Positions 35,688-45,079 of a stretch of 64,000 bases of DNA are shown one piece after another. The position numbers were made by a program, and so were the translations under genes. Below the pieces are notes generated by a model. It had not been told where the DNA came from, did no database searches, and was given only the letters and a program-made list of their open reading frames with translations. Origin of the DNA: an uncultured Actinomycetes bacterium. GTDB lineage: Bacteria > Actinomycetota > UBA4738 > HRBIN12. Numbering within the stretch: position 1 is the stretch's first letter; every line of letters begins with the position of its first letter. The stretch is from assembly GCA_963704885.1 (NCBI GenBank), contig CAVPIB010000004.1, positions 96,001 through 160,000 of the forward strand. Direction: 5' to 3'.

Positions 35688-36658
35688 GGCGTCTCCGCGA
35701 TCGGAACCTCTACGTCCGCCAGGATCTCCTGGAGCACCACCTCGGGTGACCGACCGGTCATCACCGCGTCGGCCGTGACGATGATGCGGTGGGCGAGCGA
35801 GGGCGCCGCCAGCGCCTTCACGTCGTCGGGGATCACGTAGTCGCGCTCCTCGGCGGCGGCGAGAGCGCGCGCGGCTCGCAGGATCATGATCGAGGCCCTG
35901 GGGCTGGCTCCCAGGTACATGTCCGAGTGGCGCCGGGTCGCCTCCACGATGGCGACGATGTAGCGGCGGATCGCGGGAGCCACATGCACCTGACGAGCCT
36001 GCTCGATCATGCCTGCTACCGCTGGAGCGTCCGCGACAGGTCCGATCTCACTCAGGGGGGTTCCCGCGCTGTGGCTGGCCAGGATCTCGGCCTCGACGTC
36101 GTTCGTTGGGTAACCGATCGACAGCCGGAGCATGAACCGGTCGAGCTGGGCCTCCGGTAGCGGGTACGTACCTTCGTGCTCGATCGGATTCTGAGTGGCG
36201 ATCACCATGAACGGGGTCCCCAAGGGGTGGGTCTGTGTGTCGACCGTGACCTGGCGCTCCTCCATGCACTCCAACAAGGCCGACTGGGTCTTCGGACTTG
36301 CGCGGTTGATCTCGTCACCCAAGACGATGTTCGCGAAGATCGCGCCGGGGCGGAACTCGAAGTCACCGTGCTCTTGGTTGAACACGTTCACGCCTGTGAC
36401 GTCGCTCGGGAGCAGGTCGGGTGTGAACTGCAGTCGACGGAACGAGCAGTCGATCGATCGAGCGATCGCCTTGGCCAGCATGGTCTTGCCCACGCCGGGA
36501 ACGTCCTCGATCAGCAGGTGCCCTTCGGCCACGAGCGCCACGAGCGCCAGACGGATCTCACGGTGCTTGCCACGCACCACGCGCTCCACGTTGGCCTCGA
36601 TCTCGTGGAACCGCGCGGCGAACCGCTGCCACTCGTCGGGTCGCTGTCGTACCTCCAC
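35684..36658 (-). CDS. MoxR-family AAA+ ATPase
   Basis: EDVPGVGKT, QFTPDLLPSD, DEINRA, ATQNPIE.EGTY.LPEAQLDRF. Confidence 0.95.
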   Translation of the reverse strand: MEVRQRPDEWQRFAARFHEIEANVERVVRGKHREIRLALVALVAEGHLLIEDVPGVGKTMLAKAIARSIDCSFRRLQFTPDLLPSDVTGVNVFNQEHGDFEFRPGAIFANIVLGDEINRASPKTQSALLECMEERQVTVDTQTHPLGTPFMVIATQNPIEHEGTYPLPEAQLDRFMLRLSIGYPTNDVEAEILASHSAGTPLSEIGPVADAPAVAGMIEQARQVHVAPAIRRYIVAIVEATRRHSDMYLGASPRASIMILRAARALAAAEERDYVIPDDVKALAAPSLAHRIIVTADAVMTGRSPEVVLQEILADVEVPIAETP

Positions 36659-36769
36659 TCAAGCACCTCCCGGCCGGGGGGGACCATCTTACGGCGGTAC
36701 CCGGTCAAGAAGCTGGGCACGAAGCCACCCGGGATCGTACGGCCGGAAACGGGCGCAAGTTCCCGAAAA

Positions 36770-36920
36770 GGTGGGTAGGCGCTGCGCCGGCGGGACGGCT
36801 CCCGAGGGAGGAGGGAACCGTCCGGGTAGAGAACGACGGGCCGACCCGGCCGGCGGACGCCCCGCGCGGCCCCTGTTCGCAACTCCCAGGCATCTCGCCC
36901 GGGCCGACCCGTCGTGTCCT
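36770..36920 (-). ncRNA. Candidate structured non-coding RNA or long 5' leader
   Basis: 17-bp stem (36833-36849/36899-36915) and 11-bp stem (36793-36803/36813-36823), with G-U pairs only on the minus strand; TAATCT -10 at 36925-36930. Confidence 0.45.
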
Positions 36921-36998
36921 CGCAAGATTACACCCGTGTGATTCGCGTGAGGGTGAAGCGCCGGCCATCTGCTTGAAGTGGCCCGCTACACTGCCTGG

Positions 36999-37481
36999 AT
37001 GGGTCGTGCGCTGGTCCTGAACGCCTCCGACGCGCCGCTCGCCGTCGTAGCTGCTCGGCGAGCCGTCGTCTTGGTGCTGAAGGACAAGGCGGAGGTCGTT
37101 GCCTCGAACGGCCTGGTGTTCCGCTCGGCGACGATCTCGATCGAGGCCCCCTCCGTGGTTCGGCTGCGCCGCTACGTCCGGGTCCCCTACAGACCACACG
37201 CTCCGCTCACGCGTCGCGCCGTCTTCGCGCGTGACGAGTGGACGTGTCAGTACTGCGACGCGCAGGCGGAGAACCTCGACCACGTGATCCCACGTTCGCG
37301 TGGGGGTACCCACACCTGGGAGAACGTCGTGGCGGCCTGTCGGCGCTGCAACGCCAAGAAGGAGAACCGAACCCCCCAGGAGGCCGGTTTCCATCTGGCG
37401 CGCCGTCCGTTCGCGCCGAGCGACGGCTTCCGCCTCACCCTTGGACGCTTGGAACCCGGCTGGGAGAGCTACCTCTCCTAG
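36999..37481 (+). CDS. HNH endonuclease (McrA-like, common actinobacterial family)
   Basis: LVLNAS..PL, RD...CQYC, DHVIPRSRGG..WEN....C..CN..K. Leaderless start after TACACT. Confidence 0.9.
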   Translation: MGRALVLNASDAPLAVVAARRAVVLVLKDKAEVVASNGLVFRSATISIEAPSVVRLRRYVRVPYRPHAPLTRRAVFARDEWTCQYCDAQAENLDHVIPRSRGGTHTWENVVAACRRCNAKKENRTPQEAGFHLARRPFAPSDGFRLTLGRLEPGWESYLS

Positions 37482-37543
37482 CACGGCGCCAACCTGCGCA
37501 CCACAACTCCTGTCCCTCCTTGCCTTTTATGTGCCCTCCGCTG

Positions 37544-37597
37544 TTGACGCGGTGGAGTGATAGTGGCATAACAGTGGACCAAAGTGGAGGAAAGGGG
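37544..37597 (+). promoter_or_regulatory. dcw promoter with MraZ-binding GTGG repeats
   Basis: TTGACG at 37544; GTGG at 37552, 37563, 37574 and 37584, plus GGGG at 37594 (10-11 nt period). Confidence 0.8.
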
Positions 37598-37604
37598 AGG
37601 GGGC

Positions 37605-38039
37605 GTGACCGAACTGCTCGGCACGCACAGTTATCAGCTCGACCCCAAGGGCAGGGTGTCGTTGCCGGCGCGGTTCCGCGAGGCGTTCGCGGATGGGCTC
37701 TGGCTGACGATCGGCCAGGACGGCTGCCTGTTCTGCTTCCCCAGGGTCGAGTGGGAGCGGCGGTCCGACGAGGTCGCCTCCTCACCCCTTTCCGACGCTG
37801 ACGGACGCGCGTACGCCAGGTTGTTCTTCGGCTCTTCCGACGAGGCGAAGCTCGATGGGCAGGGTCGCGTGACGATCCCGCAGCGTCTGCGTGAGCTCGT
37901 CGGCATCAATAAGGACGTGGTGGTGTTGGGGATCCGCGACCGGATGGAGATCTGGGACCGCGGTGCCTACGACCGCTACACGGATCGGTACGCCTCCGCC
38001 TACCAGGCCGGCGACCTCGACCCCAGGAGGAACGCATGA
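37605..38039 (+). CDS. mraZ: Division/cell wall cluster transcriptional repressor
   Basis: LDPKGRV.LP..FR and [12 protein letters not shown] repeats, EIWD. Confidence 0.95.
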   Translation: MTELLGTHSYQLDPKGRVSLPARFREAFADGLWLTIGQDGCLFCFPRVEWERRSDEVASSPLSDADGRAYARLFFGSSDEAKLDGQGRVTIPQRLRELVGINKDVVVLGIRDRMEIWDRGAYDRYTDRYASAYQAGDLDPRRNA

Positions 38040-38152
38040 ATCCCAACAAGCTCGGGACCGAGGTCCGCCAGAGCCTGACCTTGATCGCGATGGCCGCCGT
38101 CACGGTGCTCGCCTCGATCGGCCTGGGGCTCCTGGCCGGTCACATCGGCTGA
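38036..38152 (+). CDS. Putative 38-aa single-pass membrane small protein
   Basis: AGGAGG-N5-ATG; ATGA overlap with the mraZ stop; [38 protein letters not shown]; stop 2 nt before the rsmH GTG. Confidence 0.7.
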   Translation: MNPNKLGTEVRQSLTLIAMAAVTVLASIGLGLLAGHIG

Positions 38153-38154
38153 CG

Positions 38155-39021
38155 GTGACGGACGCACCGCACGACCCGGTCATGGTGCAAGAGGTGGTCG
38201 GGTTCCTGCGGGGGAGGAGGATGGTGGTTGACATGACCTTGGGGGCCGGCGGCCACGCCGAGGCGCTGCTCGCTGCCGGCGTCGAACGGCTGGTCGGCGT
38301 CGATCGCGATCCGGAGGCGCTCGCGATCGCCGGCGACCGACTGACGGCGTTCGGCCACCGGTTCCGAACGGTCCAGGCGCTGTTCTCCGAGATCGGTGAG
38401 GATGAGGTCGACGGCCCGGTCGACGGCGTGCTCTTCGATCTCGGGGTCTCATCGATGCAGCTGGATCGTGCCGGACGGGGATTCAGCTACCGCGAGGACG
38501 GTCCGCTCGATATGCGGATGGGCGACCATGGTCCAACCGCCGCAGATCTGGTGAACGAGCTCCCTGAGAAGGAGCTGGCGGATCTGATCTTCCGGTTCGG
38601 CCAGGAGCAGAAGTCTCGGCGGATCGCCGCCTCCATCGCTCGAGCGCGCGCGCGCGAGCGGATCGAGACCACGGATCAACTCGCCGGTGTGGTCGTGAGC
38701 GCCGTGGGACGACGTCCGGGGGGCCCCCACCCCGCGCGTCGCACGTTCCAGGCGCTCCGCATCGCGGTCAACCGGGAGCTCGAGGAGCTCGCCGCCTCCC
38801 TGCCTCAGGCGGTCGACCTCCTCGCTCCCGGAGGCCGCGTGGTGGTGATCGCCTATCACTCGTTGGAGGACCGCGTCGTCAAGCAGACCTTCCGCGGGGA
38901 CGATCGTTTGGCGGTTCTGACCAAGAAACCCCTGCAACCCACCGAGGACGAGATCCGGGCGAACCCGCGCGCCAGGAGCGCGAAGCTCCGCGCCGCAGAA
39001 CGCGCTGAGGTGGCCGCGTGA
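38155..39021 (+). CDS. rsmH: 16S rRNA m4C1402 methyltransferase
   Basis: [54 protein letters not shown]. Confidence 0.96.
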   Translation: MTDAPHDPVMVQEVVGFLRGRRMVVDMTLGAGGHAEALLAAGVERLVGVDRDPEALAIAGDRLTAFGHRFRTVQALFSEIGEDEVDGPVDGVLFDLGVSSMQLDRAGRGFSYREDGPLDMRMGDHGPTAADLVNELPEKELADLIFRFGQEQKSRRIAASIARARARERIETTDQLAGVVVSAVGRRPGGPHPARRTFQALRIAVNRELEELAASLPQAVDLLAPGGRVVVIAYHSLEDRVVKQTFRGDDRLAVLTKKPLQPTEDEIRANPRARSAKLRAAERAEVAA

Positions 39022-39452
39022 GCGTCCCGGCACGCAAGGTCGGAACGGCTCCGGGATCCCTGCGCCCGCCGTCACCGACGCAACGACGTCCCGCGTCTCC
39101 CGCGCGGACGGCCGCGGCGCGCCCGCGAACCTCTATCCCTCCCCAGGGTATCCGGCGGGCGCGCCGCGGGCTCCACCCCAGGTTCCTGGTCTTCGCGTCC
39201 GCGGTCATCATCACGCTCGTCGTGGGGGTGGTCGCGTTGAACGCTCTGCTCGCGCAGACGGCGTTCGCTGTGCACTCGATGCAGACGCGGGTGACCGAGC
39301 TCGGCGAGCAGCACGATGTGCTTGCGATGAAGGCTGCTCAGCTGTCGTCGCCGAGCCGCATCTCTGCGTGGGCGGAGCTGTCCCAGATGGTGATGCCCGA
39401 GCACGTCGTGATCCTGCAGGTGCCACGGCTGGGTGGCTCCGCAAGGCCATGA
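39018..39452 (+). CDS. ftsL: Cell division protein FtsL-like
   Basis: Basic N-terminus, single TM, coiled coil, SSP.RI; lies between rsmH and ftsI. Confidence 0.75.
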   Translation: MSVPARKVGTAPGSLRPPSPTQRRPASPARTAAARPRTSIPPQGIRRARRGLHPRFLVFASAVIITLVVGVVALNALLAQTAFAVHSMQTRVTELGEQHDVLAMKAAQLSSPSRISAWAELSQMVMPEHVVILQVPRLGGSARP

Positions 39453-41158
39453 GACGCAGGACGGGAAGGCGGCTCGTGGTGCTCCTGGTCGCCATGCTGT
39501 TGGCACTTGGTGGGATCGCATCCCGCCTGGCCGCGCTTCAGCTCGGCGATCACCAGCTGTCGGCACTCGGGTTCGAGCAGAGGGTTAGAGCGACCGAACT
39601 GCCGGCCGCGCGTGGACGGATCTTGGACCGGACCGGCGTGCCGCTCGCCATCACCCTCGATGCCCGCGACATCTATGCGAACCCGGAGCTAGTGACCGAC
39701 GTTGAGGCGGAGGCCGAACAGATCGCCCTGATCCTCGGCCTCAAGCCGAAGGACGTGCGATCCGCGCTCGCGACCGACGGCACCTTCGCTTACGTCGCGC
39801 GCCAGGTCGACCTTGAGGACGCGCAGCGGGTCGAGGATCTCCACTTGGCGGGCATCAGCTCCATCTCTGCACCGAAGCGCTACTACCCCGCGGGCGTGCT
39901 CGCCTCGCAGGTGTTGGGATTCGTGGGGATCGATGGAACCGGGTTGGCGGGCCTGGAGGAGCAGTTCGAGACCGAGCTCGCGGGGACGCCGGGGGAGCGC
40001 AAGATCGAGGTGGCGCCGAACGGTCAACCCATCGCCCAGGGCATCGACGCCGAGACCGAGCCGGACGACGGCGTCAGCCTGCGGACCACGATCGACCGCG
40101 ACATCCAGTTCCAGACGCAGCAAGCCTTGTCGAGCGCCGTCCGGGACAACGGGGCCAAGGCCGGCATCGTCATCGTGATGGATCCGAGGACCGGAGACAT
40201 CTTGGCGATGGCGAGCTTCCCGTCGTTCGACCCCAACCGATTCGCCGACACCGATCCCGACCGATGGCGCAACCGGGCGGTGACCGATGCCTTCGAGCCG
40301 GGCTCAGTGAACAAGATCATCACCGCCGCCGCAGCGCTTGAGTCCGGCACGGTGTCGCTCACGCAGCGGTTCCAGGTCCCGGACTCGATGCAGGTCGACG
40401 AGTACACCATCCACGATTCCCACCCACATCCGGTCCAGACGATGATGCTCTCGGACATCATCGCGCAGTCGAGCAACATCGGGATCGCGAAGGTCGCCGG
40501 GCTCATAGGCAAGGCTACGCTTGCCTCCTACATGAACCGATTCGGGTTCGGGCGGACGACCGGCCTCGGGTTCCCGGCCGAGTCCGACGGGATCGTTCCA
40601 GCGTTAGAGGATTGGAGCGACGCCAGCCTGGCCACTATCGCCTACGGTCAGGGCATCAGCGTCACGCCACTTCAGATGGCGTCCGTCTACGCGACGATCG
40701 CGAACGGCGGGGTTTGGGTACAACCTCGCCTGGTCGACGGGACCGTGGACGAAGCCGGTAACTTCACGCCCGCGCCGCCGTCGCCCAGCCAACGGGTCAT
40801 CGAGGACCAGACCGCCACGACCCTGACCGAGATGCTCGCCTACGTCGTCGACGGTGGGACGGGGGCCAGCGCGCAGATCCCCCTGTACCAGGTAGCGGGC
40901 AAGACGGGCACCGCTCTGAAGCCCAGCCCCAGCGGCGGCTACTACTCGGATCGCTACGTGGCATCCTTCATCGGCTTCCTGCCGGCAGGCCGCCCCCGGG
41001 TGATCGTGGCGGCCATCCTGGATGAGCCGGCGACCGTTTACGGCGGCATCGCCGCAGGCCCTCTCTTCCAGCAGGTCGCGCGGTACGCGATCCAGAAGCT
41101 CGGGATCCCCACCGCCTCTCAGGTGCCTGCTCCACCCCACGTGTTCCGGACGCCATGA
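39449..41158 (+). CDS. ftsI: Class B penicillin-binding protein
   Basis: RGRILDR.G, RYYP, EPGSVNK (SxxK), SSN, KTGT. Confidence 0.93.
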   Translation: MRRRTGRRLVVLLVAMLLALGGIASRLAALQLGDHQLSALGFEQRVRATELPAARGRILDRTGVPLAITLDARDIYANPELVTDVEAEAEQIALILGLKPKDVRSALATDGTFAYVARQVDLEDAQRVEDLHLAGISSISAPKRYYPAGVLASQVLGFVGIDGTGLAGLEEQFETELAGTPGERKIEVAPNGQPIAQGIDAETEPDDGVSLRTTIDRDIQFQTQQALSSAVRDNGAKAGIVIVMDPRTGDILAMASFPSFDPNRFADTDPDRWRNRAVTDAFEPGSVNKIITAAAALESGTVSLTQRFQVPDSMQVDEYTIHDSHPHPVQTMMLSDIIAQSSNIGIAKVAGLIGKATLASYMNRFGFGRTTGLGFPAESDGIVPALEDWSDASLATIAYGQGISVTPLQMASVYATIANGGVWVQPRLVDGTVDEAGNFTPAPPSPSQRVIEDQTATTLTEMLAYVVDGGTGASAQIPLYQVAGKTGTALKPSPSGGYYSDRYVASFIGFLPAGRPRVIVAAILDEPATVYGGIAAGPLFQQVARYAIQKLGIPTASQVPAPPHVFRTP

Positions 41159-42666
41159 CCGGAGCGGACCCGCGATCGGGGGCGCGGGTAAGCTCGGGGG
41201 AGGTGACACCGGCCTTCCCCCCCGTTGCGCTCGAACACCTGACGGCCACGGTTCCCGGAGCCCGATTCCACGGTGACCCGGGCGTCCTGGTCTCCGACGT
41301 CGCGTACGACTCCCGTGATGTCGCGCCGAGTTCCCTCTTCTTCTGCGTCCCCGGAGCACGTACGGACGGCCATGGTTTCGCGCCGAGCGCGTTGGCGGCA
41401 GGGGCGGTCGCACTCGCGGTAGAGCGATGGCTCGAGCTCGCAGCCCCGCAGGTCCTCGTGGGATCGGTGCGCGAGGCGATGGGCCCGATCTCGTCGGTCG
41501 CATTCGGTGACCCGGCGGCGTCGATGATCACCGTCGGGGTGACTGGGACCAACGGCAAGACCACGGTCACCTATCTCCTAGAGTCGATCTTCGAGGCCGC
41601 GGGTTGGAGGGCGGGCGTGGTAGGAACCACGGGTGCCCGTGTGGCGGGCGAGCCAGTGCCCCTATCGCACACCACGCCGGAAGCCCCCGATCTGCACCGC
41701 CTCCTGGCCGCCATGAGGGATCGCCACGTAGGTGCCACGGCGCTGGAGATCTCCTCTCATGCGCTCGCGCAGCACCGCGTCGATGGCTTGGTCGTCGACG
41801 TCGCCGTCTTCACGAACCTCTCCCAGGATCATCTGGACTTCCATGGAAGCATGGAGGCGTACTTCGAGGCGAAAGCCCGCTTGTTCGCACCCTCCCATGC
41901 CAGACGCGCGGTCGTGAACATGGATGACCCGGCCGCCCGGCATCTGCTCATTCCATCGATCCCGATCACCACGTACGGGATCGATCACGACGCTGATATC
42001 CGCGCGGTCGATGTCGTGGCGAACGCCGACGGGATCGCCTTCGCGGTCGACGGTGTAGAGATCCGTTCGAGCCTCAAGGGACGGTTCAATGCCGAGAACG
42101 CGCTCGCCGCCGTAGCTGCGGCTCGCGCGCTCGGTGTGGGATACGGCGAGATCGCCACCGGGATCGGCGCACTCGACCACGTTCCGGGACGCATGGAGAC
42201 GTTCGACGCCGGACGAGGTTCGCTGGTGGTGGTGGACTACGCGCACACGCCCGATAGCATCCGAAGCGTGCTCCTCGCGGCACGCCCGCTGGCGTCTGGT
42301 CGGCTGATCGTCGTGTTCGGTTGCGGTGGAGACCGTGACCGTCACAAGCGTCCCCTGATGGGAGCCGTTGCCACGTCTACCGCGGATCTGACGATCGTGA
42401 CCTCGGATAACCCACGATCGGAGGACCCCCTCGCGATCATCTCGGAGATCGAGCCGGGCGCGACCGAGGGTGGCGGTGCCTTCCTCATCGAGCCCGACCG
42501 ACGCGCGGCTATCCGCCTGGCTCTGCAGCGGTCCGCGCCCGGCGACGTGGTCGTGATCGCCGGCAAGGGGCACGAGCTCACCCAAGAGTTCGGCGACCGC
42601 ACGATCCCGTTCGACGACCAGGCAGTGGCCCGCGAAGAACTCGCGGCGATCGGACGGGGAGCATGA
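41155..42666 (+). CDS. murE: UDP-MurNAc-dipeptide--diaminopimelate ligase
   Basis: GTNGKTT, TTPE, DHLDFH, DYAHTPD, GCGGDRD, DNPR (mDAP-type), AGKGHE. Confidence 0.95.
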   Translation: MTGADPRSGARVSSGEVTPAFPPVALEHLTATVPGARFHGDPGVLVSDVAYDSRDVAPSSLFFCVPGARTDGHGFAPSALAAGAVALAVERWLELAAPQVLVGSVREAMGPISSVAFGDPAASMITVGVTGTNGKTTVTYLLESIFEAAGWRAGVVGTTGARVAGEPVPLSHTTPEAPDLHRLLAAMRDRHVGATALEISSHALAQHRVDGLVVDVAVFTNLSQDHLDFHGSMEAYFEAKARLFAPSHARRAVVNMDDPAARHLLIPSIPITTYGIDHDADIRAVDVVANADGIAFAVDGVEIRSSLKGRFNAENALAAVAAARALGVGYGEIATGIGALDHVPGRMETFDAGRGSLVVVDYAHTPDSIRSVLLAARPLASGRLIVVFGCGGDRDRHKRPLMGAVATSTADLTIVTSDNPRSEDPLAIISEIEPGATEGGGAFLIEPDRRAAIRLALQRSAPGDVVVIAGKGHELTQEFGDRTIPFDDQAVAREELAAIGRGA

Positions 42667-44024
42667 AGCCACGGCGGATGTCGGACGTCGCCCGAGCCGT
42701 CGAGGGATTGTTCTTGGGCGAGGACGCCGAGGTGAGCTCCGTGGCCACCGACTCGCGTGAGGTGCTACCGGGGGCGCTCTTCGTTGCGCTGCCGGGGGAG
42801 CGCACCGACGGCGGTCGGTTCGTCCCCGAGGCGTTCGCCAACGGTGCTGCCGGCGTACTCGTGCGCGACGGTCTGGACGTGGACGGACCCGCCGTATCCG
42901 TCAGATCAACCGGCGAGGCACTGATGATGCTCGCACGCGACGAGCGCTCCAGGATGGGTGCACGCGTCGTGGCGGTCACCGGTGCCAACGGAAAGACGTC
43001 GACGAAGGACATGACCGCGTCCGTCCTGGGCACGATGTTGCGCACTCACGCGAGTCGCGAGTCGTACAACAACGAGGTAGGGCTGCCGGTCACCCTCCTC
43101 GAAGCAGCACCGGACACGGAGGTCGTCGTGGCGGAGATGGGTGCTCGCCACGTAGGCGACGTCGCCATCCTGTGCGGGATCGCTCGTCCGCAGATGGTGA
43201 TAGTCACCAACGTGGGAGTGGCCCATCTCGAGATCTTCGGATCGTGGGAACGGATCGTAGAGGCGTCCGCTGAGCCGGTCGATGCGCTCGGTGAGGATGG
43301 GATCGCGATGCTGAACGCCGATGACCCAGTCGTGGCGGGGTACGCGGAGCGCTGCGCGGGACGTGTCGTCACGTTCGGGTTGTCGCCGACAGCCGATGTT
43401 CGCGCTGAAGGGGTCACGCTGGCGTCCGATGGGTGCTCGACCTTCACCCTCGTCTCGGCGGGCGAGCGGGTTCCGGTCACGCTCGCCGTCCCCGGAGAGC
43501 ACATGGTGTCCAACGCGCTCGCGGCGGCGGCGGCGGGAGTGACCCTGGGCGTCCCGCTCGAGCGGTGCGCCCTCGCCTTGGCTGAGGCGGCCGTCTCGGC
43601 CTGGCGCATGGAGACCTTCACGACCGGCGATGGCATCCGCGTGGTGAATGACGCCTACAACGCGAACCCCGAGTCCATGGCGGCCGCGCTCCGAGCGGCT
43701 CGCTGGATGGCGGGCGAGGGACATCTGATCGCCGTGTTGGGGACGATGGCTGAGCTTGGGCCGATCGCCGCGCGGGAGCACGAGCGGATCGGCGAGTTGG
43801 CAGCGAGGATCCGCGTGGATCGTCTGATCGCGGTGGGGGAGTCAGCCGGGCCGATCGCCGCGGCCGGGCTGCGGGAAGGCGTCGAACCCGCGAACGTGGC
43901 GTGCTACGACGATCCCCAGGAGGCCCTGGACGACGTGCGCCGGACCGCCCGGCCCGGTGATCTGGTCCTGTTCAAGGGATCCCGCGTGGCTGGGCTCGAG
44001 CGGCTCGCCGAGGCGATGCGGTGA
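42663..44024 (+). CDS. murF: UDP-MurNAc-tripeptide--D-Ala-D-Ala ligase
   Basis: G.NGKTSTKD, NNEVG.P, EMG, DAYNANPES, KGSR. Confidence 0.95.
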   Translation: MKPRRMSDVARAVEGLFLGEDAEVSSVATDSREVLPGALFVALPGERTDGGRFVPEAFANGAAGVLVRDGLDVDGPAVSVRSTGEALMMLARDERSRMGARVVAVTGANGKTSTKDMTASVLGTMLRTHASRESYNNEVGLPVTLLEAAPDTEVVVAEMGARHVGDVAILCGIARPQMVIVTNVGVAHLEIFGSWERIVEASAEPVDALGEDGIAMLNADDPVVAGYAERCAGRVVTFGLSPTADVRAEGVTLASDGCSTFTLVSAGERVPVTLAVPGEHMVSNALAAAAAGVTLGVPLERCALALAEAAVSAWRMETFTTGDGIRVVNDAYNANPESMAAALRAARWMAGEGHLIAVLGTMAELGPIAAREHERIGELAARIRVDRLIAVGESAGPIAAAGLREGVEPANVACYDDPQEALDDVRRTARPGDLVLFKGSRVAGLERLAEAMR

Positions 44025-45079
44025 TATCCATCCTGATCGCCGGCGCGCTCGCGCTCGCCGTCACCCTGCTCGGCACGCCGGTGGCGATCCGCGCCTTCCG
44101 GGTGTGGGGATGGGGCCAGCGGATCCGCGAGGACGGGCCGCACACGCATCTGGAGAAGATGGGCACGCCCACGATGGGGGGGATCGTCATCCTGATCGGG
44201 CTCGTGGCCGGCTTCGTCGCGTCGCGGATCACGTTCCAGCGACTCACACCGGCCGGCCTGGCGCTCATGTTCGCCGCCGTAGGGTTCGGGGTCGTGGGGT
44301 TCCTGGACGACTTCTTGAAGGTCCGCCGCCGACGTTCGCTCGGGCTGTCCAAGGCCCAGAAGTTCTTGGGGACGGCGATCGTCTCAGTGATATTCGCTTT
44401 GATCGTCATGCACTACTCGGCCGATACGGGCACGTCGACCGAGCTCTCGTTCATCCGGTCGACCGGGTTGCATCTCGGGGCCTTCTTCGCGGTGTGGGCG
44501 TTCGTGATCCTGACCTCGTCGTCGAACGCGATGAACCTGACCGACGGACTGGATGGGCTGGCCTCTGGAGCGTCGACGCTCGTCTTGGCGGCATATGTCT
44601 TCATCGCGTTCTGGCAGTACCGGCACACGTGCGCCGGTGGACCACCCCAGGCGTGTTACCCGGTGGACATCGACGCGATGCTCGACACCGCGATCGTGGC
44701 TGCCGCGATGATGGGCGCAGCGACGGGGTTCCTTTGGTGGAACGCCGCCCCCGCACGGATCTTCATGGGCGACACGGGCTCCCTCGCCCTCGGTGGGTTG
44801 CTCGGCGCTCTCGCCATCACGACCAACACCCAGCTGCTGTTGGTGATCCTCGGCGGACTGTTCGTGATCGAGGCCATGTCCGTGATCCTTCAGGTGATCT
44901 CGTTCCGCGGCTTCGGCAGGCGCATCTTCCGGATGTCCCCGATCCACCACCATTTCGAGCTGGCGGGCTGGCCGGAGTTCACCGTGATCGTGCGCTTCTG
45001 GATCGTCTCAGGCCTGTGCGTAGCCGTCGGGCTCGGTCTCTTCTACGTCGACTTCATCAGCCGAGGTGGTCTGGGGTGA
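44021..45079 (+). CDS. mraY: Phospho-N-acetylmuramoyl-pentapeptide transferase
   Basis: GTPTMGG, DD, NLTDGLDGLA, FMGDTGS, PIHHHFE. Confidence 0.96.
   Translation: MISILIAGALALAVTLLGTPVAIRAFRVWGWGQRIREDGPHTHLEKMGTPTMGGIVILIGLVAGFVASRITFQRLTPAGLALMFAAVGFGVVGFLDDFLKVRRRRSLGLSKAQKFLGTAIVSVIFALIVMHYSADTGTSTELSFIRSTGLHLGAFFAVWAFVILTSSSNAMNLTDGLDGLASGASTLVLAAYVFIAFWQYRHTCAGGPPQACYPVDIDAMLDTAIVAAAMMGAATGFLWWNAAPARIFMGDTGSLALGGLLGALAITTNTQLLLVILGGLFVIEAMSVILQVISFRGFGRRIFRMSPIHHHFELAGWPEFTVIVRFWIVSGLCVAVGLGLFYVDFISRGGLG

Noticed and set aside
32215-36658. MoxR-DUF58-transglutaminase as a new system
   Set aside because: A known conserved triad, commonly found just upstream of mraZ in Actinobacteria.
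36770-37481. HNH gene plus nearby structured RNA as an IscB/HEARO-like RNA-guided system
   Set aside because: The HNH is a 160-aa common McrA-like protein with no PLMP or RuvC motifs. The RNA folds on the opposite strand and there are no IS ends.
37544-37600. Periodic GTGG repeats as a novel repeat array
   Set aside because: Explained by the known MraZ operator repeats.
43957-45075. Apparent 822-aa MurD with a long N-terminal extension (similar extensions on murG, rsmH, ftsZ and the desulfurase-like gene)
   Set aside because: The extensions are alternate frames of upstream genes or leaders; the real starts sit at stop/start overlaps or after an RBS.
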